A DNA stretch of 64,000 nt. It comes from an uncultured Candidatus Rokubacteria bacterium. Lineage in GTDB: Bacteria; Methylomirabilota; Methylomirabilia; Rokubacteriales; CSP1-6. The notes under the pieces were generated by a model, which made no database searches, was not told where the DNA came from, and was given only the letters and a program-made list of their open reading frames with translations. Positions within the stretch are counted from its first letter, which is position 1, and each line of letters begins with the position of its first letter. Below, one piece after another: positions 20,390 through 29,060 of the stretch. A program made the translations under genes and the position numbers. The stretch is taken from NCBI GenBank assembly GCA_963747235.1, contig CAVVEU010000015.1, forward strand, positions 44,664 to 108,663, written 5' to 3'.

Positions 20390-20983
20390 TCAGGGGGCGG
20401 TCGCGCGCGGCTCGGCCACGCCGATGAGCGCGTCGCGGGTGATCAGCGGCACCAGCTCCGCTTCCCCCAGGCCCTCGGTGCCCGCCGGCCGGATCGGCAG
20501 CACCATGTAGCGCATCTCCGCGCTCGAGTCCCACACCCGGATCTCGCGCTCCGCCGGCACCGCGAGGCCCATCTCCTGGAGGATCGCCCGCGGCTCGCTG
20601 ACCGCGCGCGAGCGGTAGGCCGGCATCTTGTACCAGGTGGGCGGCAGCCCCAGCACCGGCCACGGGTAACAGGAGCAGAGCGTGCACACCACCAGGTTGT
20701 GCACCGCGTCCGTGTTCTCGACCACCATCAGCATCTCGTAGTCGAGATTGAACTGCCCGAGGGCGGCCTTCGGGTCGTCCAGGAGCAGGCGCCGGTAGTC
20801 GGGATCGGTCCACGCCTTCGCCACCGCGCGGGCGCCCACCATCGGGCCGGTGTCCGCCTCGTAGCGCTGGATCACCCGGTCCACCGCGTCGGGGGCCAGG
20901 ATGCCCTTCTCGAGCAGCAGCGACTCGAGCGCGCGCACGCGGGAGACGATGTAGGGATCGACGTTGGGGTGGTTCTTGCCCAT
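20390..20983 (-). CDS. nthA: Cobalt-type nitrile hydratase alpha subunit
   Basis: VCTLCSCYPWPVLGLPP metal-binding motif (Thr/Tyr indicates Co type), YRSRAVSEPR, VWDSSAEMRYMVLP. Confidence 0.95.
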   Translation of the reverse strand: MGKNHPNVDPYIVSRVRALESLLLEKGILAPDAVDRVIQRYEADTGPMVGARAVAKAWTDPDYRRLLLDDPKAALGQFNLDYEMLMVVENTDAVHNLVVCTLCSCYPWPVLGLPPTWYKMPAYRSRAVSEPRAILQEMGLAVPAEREIRVWDSSAEMRYMVLPIRPAGTEGLGEAELVPLITRDALIGVAEPRATAP

Positions 20984-20988
20984 CCGAC

Positions 20989-21675
20989 TTACCTCCCGGG
21001 CAGGAGATAGCTCTCCCAGAGATCGATGTGCACGGCCTGGTTCGGCTCCGCCGACTCGCCCCACAGCTCGCGCGCGTCGAAGCGCACGCTGTAGAGCGGC
21101 TGCGGCTGCTCGCCCTGGCCGTGGGCGTTGGTGTCGGGGAACACGTGGATGCCGTGGCAGCAATGGATGACCCCGCGCTTGCCGCGCGCGTAGCGCGGCA
21201 GCCGCGTGTGCCCGTGCGGGTGCATCTCGCGCGTGAGCACGGCCTCGCCCGGCGCGAAGCGGGGCGCGGCCCCGGTCTCGCGGATGAAGTCCGTGACCCA
21301 TCGCGGATTGACCTTGGAGGCGCCGCGCGAGGCCGGCGGCCCGGAGAGCGCGGCCGCCGCGGAGGCGTCCGGCTTCTCCTCGAAGAAGGTCCGGCGCGTC
21401 GCCAGCTCCTCCGCGCCCACCACGCCCTTCTCGACCAGCAGGCGCGTGATCCCCTCGAGCCACTTCTCGTAGTAGGTCGCGCGCAGGTAGTGGGCGGGCG
21501 CCATGCGCTCGATGCCGTGGCGGAACTCGTCGATGTTGAAGACCCCACGCGAGCGGCCCGCGTGCTGCATGGCCAGCACCACCGCCTCCCAGGCCGCGTG
21601 GAACGTGGGCTCGTCCGCCTCGCGCTCGACCGGCCCGAAGCCCTGCATCCCCCCCAGATCGTGGACGCCGTCCAT
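20989..21675 (-). CDS. nthB: Nitrile hydratase beta subunit
   Basis: MDGVHDLGGMQGFG, DEFRHGIERM, YYEKWL, HTRLPRYARGK, DLWESYL. Confidence 0.95.
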   Translation of the reverse strand: MDGVHDLGGMQGFGPVEREADEPTFHAAWEAVVLAMQHAGRSRGVFNIDEFRHGIERMAPAHYLRATYYEKWLEGITRLLVEKGVVGAEELATRRTFFEEKPDASAAAALSGPPASRGASKVNPRWVTDFIRETGAAPRFAPGEAVLTREMHPHGHTRLPRYARGKRGVIHCCHGIHVFPDTNAHGQGEQPQPLYSVRFDARELWGESAEPNQAVHIDLWESYLLPGR

Positions 21676-21691
21676 ACGCCGCGATTCTACC

Positions 21692-22279
21692 TCAGTGGGT
21701 GCGCGGAGGCTCGGCGTGGGCGGGCGGCGGCTCCGCGGGCACCCCGGCGTGGCGGGCGCGCAGGGCCATCCAGAGCTCGAGGCGCGACCAGTCGGGCGTG
21801 TCCACGTAGCGGCCGCGCGCGGGGTCGATCCACGGGTTCGGCAGGAACACGGTCAGCATCTGCTCGTCGCGGCCGTTCCAGAGGCGCAGGCCCCAGGAGC
21901 TGGGCCGCCCCGCCCGGTCGCGGTTCTGGAAGAACGCGGCGCGGGCGCAGCGGCGCCACTCGGCCAGCGCGGGCGGCGTGGGCAGCCCGGGCGAGCCCTG
22001 GTGCGGGCCGATGCAGAGGTGGAAGTGCCAGGATTCGCTCCCCTCGACCTGCACGGTCACGTAGCCGTCGAGCAGGGAGAGCCGGGGCCGCTGGCCGAAC
22101 CGGCCCTCGAACACCGCGCCCTCGATGCACGGGCCGAAGATCACGTGCTCCCAGTGCTCCTCGAAGACCTCGCGGAGCAGGGCGAGCAGCGCCGCCTCGG
22201 TGCACTCGATCGCGAAGTACTCGGTGCGGGTGCCGTCGAGATTGTCCGCCACCGTCATGGACATCGCATCAATGCTCAC
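21692..22279 (-). CDS. Conserved hypothetical protein upstream of nitrile hydratase
   Basis: FGPCIEGAVFE, WHFHLCIGPH, SWGLRLWNG..EQMLTVFLPNPW motifs; 16 nt from the nthB start; start codon uncertain. Confidence 0.7.
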   Translation of the reverse strand: MSIDAMSMTVADNLDGTRTEYFAIECTEAALLALLREVFEEHWEHVIFGPCIEGAVFEGRFGQRPRLSLLDGYVTVQVEGSESWHFHLCIGPHQGSPGLPTPPALAEWRRCARAAFFQNRDRAGRPSSWGLRLWNGRDEQMLTVFLPNPWIDPARGRYVDTPDWSRLELWMALRARHAGVPAEPPPAHAEPPRTH

Positions 22280-22898
22280 GCTGGCCCACCCGCGCGGCGG
22301 TCAGGGCGCGCCGGTCCACCCGTGACAGCGCGCGCGCCATGGCGGGCCGCAGCAGCCTGGTGTGCGGGATGTCGAGCAGGTACTCGGCGATCCACCAGAG
22401 ATCCTCCTCGGTCGTCATCCAGCCGGGCCGCCGGCGATCGAAGCGCGCGAGATCGACCGGGCGCGAGTAGGCGCGCAGGGTGCGGTCGCCCCGCAGGTTG
22501 ATGTAGCCGTCGAAGTAGCTCATGACCAGCTCCCGTACGCTCCGGTGCACCGGCTCGCGATAGCGCAGCCCCGAGAAGTTGGACTTGGCGATGGCGCCCC
22601 AGTGCCCGCGGCTCCGGAACACCGCCACCACGTGATCGGTGTCCTGCACCGCTTCCAGATCCAGCAGGAGCGGCGGGAAGCCGAGCACGCGCAGCGCCGC
22701 CGCCGCGAACACCGCGCCCTCCAGGCAATGCGCGGTGCGCTCGCGCAGCACCCGGCGCGGCGACCAGGCAGTGCCCGCCAGGTGATACGGCATGGCGTCG
22801 AGCGCCCGCTGGATGCCGATCGGGCTCCGGAGCGATCGCAGCGCGCGCAGCTCGCGCGGCGTGAAGCCCGGGGCCGTCGTGGAGCGGACCGCGCTCAG
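22269..22898 (-). CDS. Hypothetical protein, transglutaminase/papain-like (Cys-His)
   Basis: AHCLEGAVFAAAAL, DTDHVVAVF, WGAIAKSN; start approximate. Confidence 0.65.
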   Translation of the reverse strand: MSAVRSTTAPGFTPRELRALRSLRSPIGIQRALDAMPYHLAGTAWSPRRVLRERTAHCLEGAVFAAAALRVLGFPPLLLDLEAVQDTDHVVAVFRSRGHWGAIAKSNFSGLRYREPVHRSVRELVMSYFDGYINLRGDRTLRAYSRPVDLARFDRRRPGWMTTEEDLWWIAEYLLDIPHTRLLRPAMARALSRVDRRALTAARVGQREH

Positions 22899-24028
22899 AG
22901 CCGGTAGAGCTCCCGGGCATTGTCGCAGAGGATGCGCCGGCGGGTCGCCTCGGGCACGCCCCGGAAGTTCTCCTCGATGGCCTGCCGCGACTCCGGCCAC
23001 GTGCTGTCGGCGTGCGGGTAGTCGGAGGCCCACATCACGCGGCCCGCGCCGAGCGTATCCACCAGGCGCAGCCCGACCAGGTCGAGCTGGAACGTGGCCC
23101 AGACCTGGCGCTTCCAGTACTCGCTGGGCGGCATGGTGAGCCGCAGGCCGCCGTGCGCGCGCCAGTACTCCGCCGCGTCCAGGAAGCGCTGGTAGGTGTC
23201 GTCCATGCGCTCGAGCATGTACGGCAGCCAGCCGATGCCGGTCTCGGCCAGCACGATGCGCAGCCCGGGGTGCCGCTCGAGCGCGCCGGAGAAGATCACC
23301 GCGGCGAGCGGCTCGTCCATCTGGAGCGTCGAGCACGCCACCCGCACGCCCATGTTGCCGGGATCGGCGGCCTTGGGCCCGCTGAAGGTCACGGTGCGCA
23401 GCCCGCCGCCCAGGTGGAAGCCGATCGGCAGCCCGGTCTCCGCGGCGGCTTCCCACAGCGGCTCCCACGCCTCGTCCCAGAGCGGCAGCTCGGCCCGCGC
23501 GGCGAGGAACATGCCGGTGCGCAGCCCGAGCTGGGCGAGCGAGCGCACCTCGTCGGCCGCGACCTTCGGGTCGTCGATCGGGATCAGCCCGGCGCCGATC
23601 AGCCGCTCGGGGGCGGTGGCGCAGAACTCGGCGAGCCACTCGTTGTAGGCGTGGTAGCAGATCTGGCGCAGCGCGGGATCCTTGATCAGCAGGGGCACGA
23701 TGGGCCCGTACATCACGGTGGCGTCCACCCCGTCGCGGTCCATGTCGGCCAGGCGCAGCGCGGTGGTGGTCGGGCGCAGCACGCCCGGCTCGAGCACACC
23801 GCCCTTCTCCAGCGCGAGCCGCCGCCCGCCCATGGAGCCCGCGACGCCCTTGCGCCCGCCCCACGGATCCCAGCGCTCGTCGCCGCAGACCCAGTAGGGC
23901 CCGGCGTCCGTCTCGATCACGCGGGGCGCGCGCTCGCGCCACGCCTGCGGCACCCGCTGCTGCCAGAGATCGCGCGGCAGCCACTGCATGTCGATGTGGT
24001 CGTCGGCCGAGATGATCCGGTAGTTCAT
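22895..24028 (-). CDS. Amidohydrolase family protein (Amidohydro_2)
   Basis: ISADDH, FHLGG, AETGIGWLP, WASDYPH, NARELY. Confidence 0.9.
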   Translation of the reverse strand: MNYRIISADDHIDMQWLPRDLWQQRVPQAWRERAPRVIETDAGPYWVCGDERWDPWGGRKGVAGSMGGRRLALEKGGVLEPGVLRPTTTALRLADMDRDGVDATVMYGPIVPLLIKDPALRQICYHAYNEWLAEFCATAPERLIGAGLIPIDDPKVAADEVRSLAQLGLRTGMFLAARAELPLWDEAWEPLWEAAAETGLPIGFHLGGGLRTVTFSGPKAADPGNMGVRVACSTLQMDEPLAAVIFSGALERHPGLRIVLAETGIGWLPYMLERMDDTYQRFLDAAEYWRAHGGLRLTMPPSEYWKRQVWATFQLDLVGLRLVDTLGAGRVMWASDYPHADSTWPESRQAIEENFRGVPEATRRRILCDNARELYRL

Positions 24029-24067
24029 GCGGGCTCTCTCCATGTGCGGGCTCGGGGCGCGATCGGG

Positions 24068-25345
24068 CTACCAGTCGAGGCGGGACTCGAGGACCACGCC
24101 GCGGCGCAGGTTCAGCCAGCGGGTGAAGCGCACCACCTGGAAGAATCCCCAGAGCGACAGGCGCAGGTGCCTCGGCAGGGCGCCGAACGAGCCGCCCGCG
24201 AGCACGCCGGTGACCGCGGGGACCATGCCGAGCACGTTGCGCGGGCGCAGGAAGACCTCGAGGAAGGCGCGATCGTAGAAGGACTCGATGAAGCGCTCGA
24301 AGGGGCGCGTGCCCCGGCGCACCGCGCGCTCGTAGGCGCGGAAGCGTTTGGCCTCGAACCGGTCGGCCTGGAAGGCGCGCAGGATCGCGCCCGCGGCCAG
24401 CTCGCCCGACTGCATGGCCAGGAACACCCCGGGCGAGAAGATCGGGTCCACGAAGGCCACCGCGTCGCCGACGCACAGGAATCGGTCGCCCACCACCGGC
24501 TCGATCGAGTAGGCGAAGTTCGAGGTGGTGTAGAGCTCGGTGACCCGCTCGGCGCCCTGGAGATTGTCGTGGACCGCGTGGCAGCGCTCGACCATGTCGT
24601 CGAACAGCTCCTGGAGCGAGCCGCGGCGCGCCTTGACCACCTTCTGGTGGAGCACGCAGCCCACGCTCGTCTCGTCGCGGGCGAGCGGGATGTACCAGAA
24701 CCAGCCTTCCGGGAAGATGTGGATGCGGACGTGGCCTTCCTCGCGGCCGGGGAAGCGGCGGGCGCCCTTGAAGTAGGCGAAGATGGCCACCTTGCCCAGG
24801 CCCGGCCGCGGCTTCCGCTGCCCCTGGCGCGCGGCCAGGAACGCGTCGCGGCCGCTCGCGTCCACCAGGAAGCGCGCGCGCAGTGGGCGCTCGGCCTCGC
24901 CCAGGCTCACGCGCGCGGTGACGCCGTCCGCGTCGAAGGCGACCTTCTCGACGGTGGCGGGCTGCAGCCGCGTCACCCCTTGCTCCACCGCGTGGTCGAG
25001 GAGGATCTGGTCGAACTCGGCCCGGTGCACGTCGAGCGTGAAGGCGGGCCACGGCCGGCCGGGCTTGAAGTCGAAGGTGGAGGAGAGGCCCAGCTCCTGG
25101 TCGTGGAACGTGGCGCCGTACTTCATCTGGAAGCCGTGCGCGAGCACCCGGTCGAGCACGCCCAGGCGGCGGCAGATATCCATGCACGTCGGGATCAGGG
25201 ACTCGCCGACCTTGAAGCGCGGGAAGGCCTCGCGCTCCACCAGGGTGACGCGCAGTCCGCCCTGGGCGAGAAAAGCCGCGGCGGTGCTGCCGCCCGGCCC
25301 GCCGCCCACGACCAGCACGTCGGCGTCATGAGAAGACCTGCTCAC
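24068..25345 (-). CDS. FAD-dependent oxidoreductase, flavin-dependent halogenase-like
   Basis: GGGPGG, FPRFKVGESL, MKYG, DASGR, WFWYIP, GDAVAFVDPIFSPGV. Confidence 0.8.
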   Translation of the reverse strand: MSRSSHDADVLVVGGGPGGSTAAAFLAQGGLRVTLVEREAFPRFKVGESLIPTCMDICRRLGVLDRVLAHGFQMKYGATFHDQELGLSSTFDFKPGRPWPAFTLDVHRAEFDQILLDHAVEQGVTRLQPATVEKVAFDADGVTARVSLGEAERPLRARFLVDASGRDAFLAARQGQRKPRPGLGKVAIFAYFKGARRFPGREEGHVRIHIFPEGWFWYIPLARDETSVGCVLHQKVVKARRGSLQELFDDMVERCHAVHDNLQGAERVTELYTTSNFAYSIEPVVGDRFLCVGDAVAFVDPIFSPGVFLAMQSGELAAGAILRAFQADRFEAKRFRAYERAVRRGTRPFERFIESFYDRAFLEVFLRPRNVLGMVPAVTGVLAGGSFGALPRHLRLSLWGFFQVVRFTRWLNLRRGVVLESRLDW

Positions 25346-25448
25346 GCCCGGCATCTTACCCGATCCCCCAGGCGACCCGCGAGCCCCCGAGGGAGGCGGT
25401 TTGCCGCCCCCCGGTCGGGCATGCTAGCGTCGGCCCCTGGAGCCCCCG

Positions 25449-25883
25449 ATGACCGACATTCGCATCGTGTCCGACCCGCATGCCTCCGAGAGCCTCAAGC
25501 AGGTCGTGACGGACCACCTCGACGCCTATAACATCGCGATCACCGGATTTCAGGAGTACTCCCCGGTCAATCTCTTCCTCCGGGACGCGGGTGACGAGGT
25601 GGTGGGCGGGCTGCTCGCCGCGATCTGGGGGGGCGTTCTCTTCATCCGCATCCTCTGGGTCAGCGACGCGCTGCGCGGCCAGGGCTTCGGCCGGCGCCTG
25701 ATGGAGATGGCCGAGCGCCGCGGCGTGGAGCGTGGCTGCCGTCACGTCTTCGTGGACACGTTCAGCTTCCAGGCCCCCGGATTCTACGAGAAGCTCGGGT
25801 ACCGGATCTACGCCCGCGCGGACGACTGGCCGATCGGTCATGCCCACCATTTCCTCAGGAAGGATCTTCCGACCGCCCCATGA
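25449..25883 (+). CDS. GNAT acetyltransferase
   Basis: LWVSDALRGQGFG, TFSFQAPGFYEKLGY. Confidence 0.9.
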   Translation: MTDIRIVSDPHASESLKQVVTDHLDAYNIAITGFQEYSPVNLFLRDAGDEVVGGLLAAIWGGVLFIRILWVSDALRGQGFGRRLMEMAERRGVERGCRHVFVDTFSFQAPGFYEKLGYRIYARADDWPIGHAHHFLRKDLPTAP

Positions 25884-26290
25884 TCAAGCTCGTGTTCTGT
25901 GTTCGCCGCCTCCCCAACTTCTCCCGCGAGGAGTTCCAGCGCTACTGGCTCGATACCCACGGCCCACTCGTGCTGGAGCTGGCCCCCGCGCTGGGGGTGA
26001 AGCGCTACACCCAGGTGCACACGGTGACGTCCGCCTTCAGCGAGGCGATGCGCCGCCACCGCGGCGCGCCGGAGGACTTCGACGGCGTGGCCGAGCTCTG
26101 GTGGGACACGGTGGAGGAGTTCGCCCGCGCGGGCGCGACACCCGAGGGCCGCGCGGCGGGGCGCCGGCTCCTGGAAGATGAAAAACGCTTCATCGATCTC
26201 CCGCGCTCGCCGATCTGGTTCGGCGAGGAGCACACGCTGGTCGACCTGACCGCTAGCGCGGGTAGCCGAGGGCCTTCAGCGAGTCGCTGA
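25880..26290 (+). CDS. EthD domain protein
   Basis: EEFQRYWLDTHGPL, FDGVAELWW, DEKRFID; true stop probably ~26250. Confidence 0.85.
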   Translation: MIKLVFCVRRLPNFSREEFQRYWLDTHGPLVLELAPALGVKRYTQVHTVTSAFSEAMRRHRGAPEDFDGVAELWWDTVEEFARAGATPEGRAAGRRLLEDEKRFIDLPRSPIWFGEEHTLVDLTASAGSRGPSASR

Positions 26291-28150
26291 TCTCGGCGAG
26301 GATCGCGGGGTCGTCGATGGTGGCGGGCACGGTGTGCTCGACGCCATCGGCGATCTTCTTCATGGTTCCGCGCAGGATCTTGCCCGAGCGGGTCTTGGGC
26401 AGCCGCTTCACCACCGCCACCGTCTTGAACGCGGCGACCGGCCCGATCTTCTCGCGCACCAGCTCCACCAGCTCGCGGCAGAGGTCGGCGTCGGCGCGCG
26501 CCACGCCCGCCTTGGTGACCACGAGCCCCACCGGCACCTCGCCCTTGATCTCGTCGGCCACGCCCATCACCGCGCACTCGGCCACGTCCGGATGCGCGGA
26601 GAGCACCTCCTCCATGGCGCCGGTGGAGAGCCGGTGCCCGGCCACGTTGATGATGTCGTCCACGCGGCTCATGATGTAGATGTACTCGTCCTCGTCCTTG
26701 TAGCCCGCGTCCCCGGTGAGGTAGTAGCCCGGATGCCGCGTGAGGTACGAGCGCTCGAAGCCCTCGTCGTTGTGCCAGAGCGTGGGCAGGCTGCTGGGCG
26801 GCATCGGCAGCTTCACCGCGATGGATCCGATCTGGCCCGCCGGCATCTCCCGGTTGTCCTCGCCCAGCACGCGGATGTCGTAGCCCGGCACGACCTTGGT
26901 CGGCGAGCCCGGCTTGACCGGCAGCATCCCGAGCCCCACGCAGTTGGCCGCCATCGGCCAGCCGGTCTCGGTCTGCCACCAGTGGTCCACCACCGGGACC
27001 TGGAGCTTCTCGCGCGCCCAGAGCAGGGTGTCGGGATCGCAGCGCTCCCCGGCCAGGAACAGCGTGCGGAAGCGCGAGAGATCGTACTTGCCGATGTGGG
27101 CGCCCTGCGGGTCCTCCTTCTTGATCGCGCGGAAGGCGGTGGGCGCGGTGAACAGCGCGCTCACCCCGTGCTGGGCGCAGACGCGCCAGAACGCGCCGGG
27201 ATCGGGCGTGCCCACCGGCTTGCCCTCGTAGAGGATCGTGGTGCAGCCCTTGAGGAGCGGCGCGTAGACGATGTAGGAGTGGCCCGACCACCCAGCCGAT
27301 GTCGGAGGCGGCCCAGAACGTCTCCCCCGCCCCCATGCCGTAGACCGCGTCCATGCTCCACTTGAGCGCGACCGCGTGGCCGCCGTTGTCGCGGACCACG
27401 CCCTTGGGAATGCCGGTGGTGCCCGACGTGTACAGGATGTAGAGCGGATCCGTCGCGGCCACCGGCACGCACTCGACGGGCCCGGCCGCCGCGACCGCCT
27501 CGCCCCACTCCACGTCGCGGCCCGGCACGAAGCGTCGCAGCCTCCATCGGCCGCTGCAGGATCACGCAGCGCGACGGCTTGTGCGCGGCCATCGCGATGG
27601 CCTGGTCCAGGAGCGGCTTGTAGGGAATCACCCGGCTGCCCTCGATGCCGCAGGAGGCCGACAGCATCACCTTCGGCTTCGCGTCGTCGATGCGGGTGGC
27701 CAGCTCCTTGGGCGCGAAGCCGCCGAACACCACCGAGTGGATCGCCCCGATGCGCGCGCACGCGAGCATCGCGATCACGGCCTCGGGCACCGCCGGCATG
27801 TAGATGATGACGCGGTCGCCCTTCTCCACCCCCAGCCGCCGCAGCGCCCCCGCGAAGCGCGCGACCGCGTCGCGCAGCTCGAAGTAGGTGAACGTGCGAA
27901 CGGTGCCGGTCACCGGGGAGTCGTAGATGAGCGCGGTCTGCTTGCCGCGGCCGCGGTCCACGTGGAGATCGAGCGCGTTGTAGCAGGTGTTGAGCACGCC
28001 GCCCGCGAACCAGCGGTAGTAGGGCGGGCGCGAGGCGTCGAGCACCCGGTCCCAGCGCTTCTCCCAGTGGATGTCCTCGGCGCGCGCGGCCCAGAAGCCC
28101 TCCGGGTCGTCGTGCGCGCGCCGGTACACCTCATCGTAGATCGTCGCCAT
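26253..28150 (-). CDS. prpE: Propionyl-CoA/acetyl-CoA synthetase family (frameshifted)
   Basis: LNTCYNALD, HSVVFGGFA, YILYTSGTTGIPKG, DHWWQTETG, INVAGHRLS, PKTRSGKILR. Confidence 0.88.
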
Positions 28151-28237
28151 GGATCGCCGCCTCCCTGGCCCCGGACTGTACAACGCGCCGCCCCGCCTTG
28201 CCAGCGCCGGGCCCGCCGCCCTATGATCCGTGGAGCC

Positions 28238-29038
28238 ATGCGCCCGCGTCTCGTCGCTGTCACCATCGCCATGTCGCTGCTGGCCGCCGCGCTCCCCGGG
28301 TCGGCCGCGCGGGCCGCCGACGAGGAGGTCCGCACGATCCCGGCGCGCGCGGGTGTCACCGAGTCGTTCCTCCTGCTGCGCCCGGCCGGCGCCCCGGTGG
28401 CCAGCGTGATCATCTTCGCGGGCGGCGACGGCAACCTGGCGATGACCGCCGACGGCATCGCCCAGCTCCAGGGCAATTTCCTCGTGCGGACCCGGATGCG
28501 CTGGGTCCGCGAGGGGTTCCTGGTCGCCATCCTGGACCGGCCCTCCGACCGGAAGAACGGACTGTGGAACTTCCGCACGACCTCCGACCACGCGGCCGAC
28601 GTCAAGCAGGCCATCGCGGCGATGCGCGAGCTCGCCCGCGTGCCGGTGTGGCTCGTGGGCACCAGCATGGGCTCGCTCTCCGCGGCCAACGCGGCGGCCC
28701 GGCTCGCCGACGGCGGGCCCGACGGCATCGTGCTCACCTCCTCGGTCACCGAGCCCTCGAAGGTGAGCTACGAGACCACGCGGCACGCCGGGCTCGGCGA
28801 CATCCGCGTGCCCACTCTGGTGGTCCACCACAAGGACGACACCTGCCGGGCCTCGCCCTTCTCGGGCGCGGAGGACATCCTGAAGGCGCTGAAGCGGGCG
28901 CCGGTCAAGGAGCTGATGGCCTTCGAGGGCGGGAGCCCGGCCATCTCGCAGCCGTGCGAGGCGAAGGCCCCCCACGGCTATCTCGGGATCGAGGCGCAGG
29001 TGGTCCCGGCGATCGGCGCCTGGATCCGCGCCCACTGA
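28238..29038 (+). CDS. Exported alpha/beta hydrolase
   Basis: Signal peptide, GTSMG nucleophile elbow, HHKDD.C, PHGY. Confidence 0.8.
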   Translation: MRPRLVAVTIAMSLLAAALPGSAARAADEEVRTIPARAGVTESFLLLRPAGAPVASVIIFAGGDGNLAMTADGIAQLQGNFLVRTRMRWVREGFLVAILDRPSDRKNGLWNFRTTSDHAADVKQAIAAMRELARVPVWLVGTSMGSLSAANAAARLADGGPDGIVLTSSVTEPSKVSYETTRHAGLGDIRVPTLVVHHKDDTCRASPFSGAEDILKALKRAPVKELMAFEGGSPAISQPCEAKAPHGYLGIEAQVVPAIGAWIRAH

Positions 29039-29060
29039 CGGACGGCGCGCGCGCGCCGCG

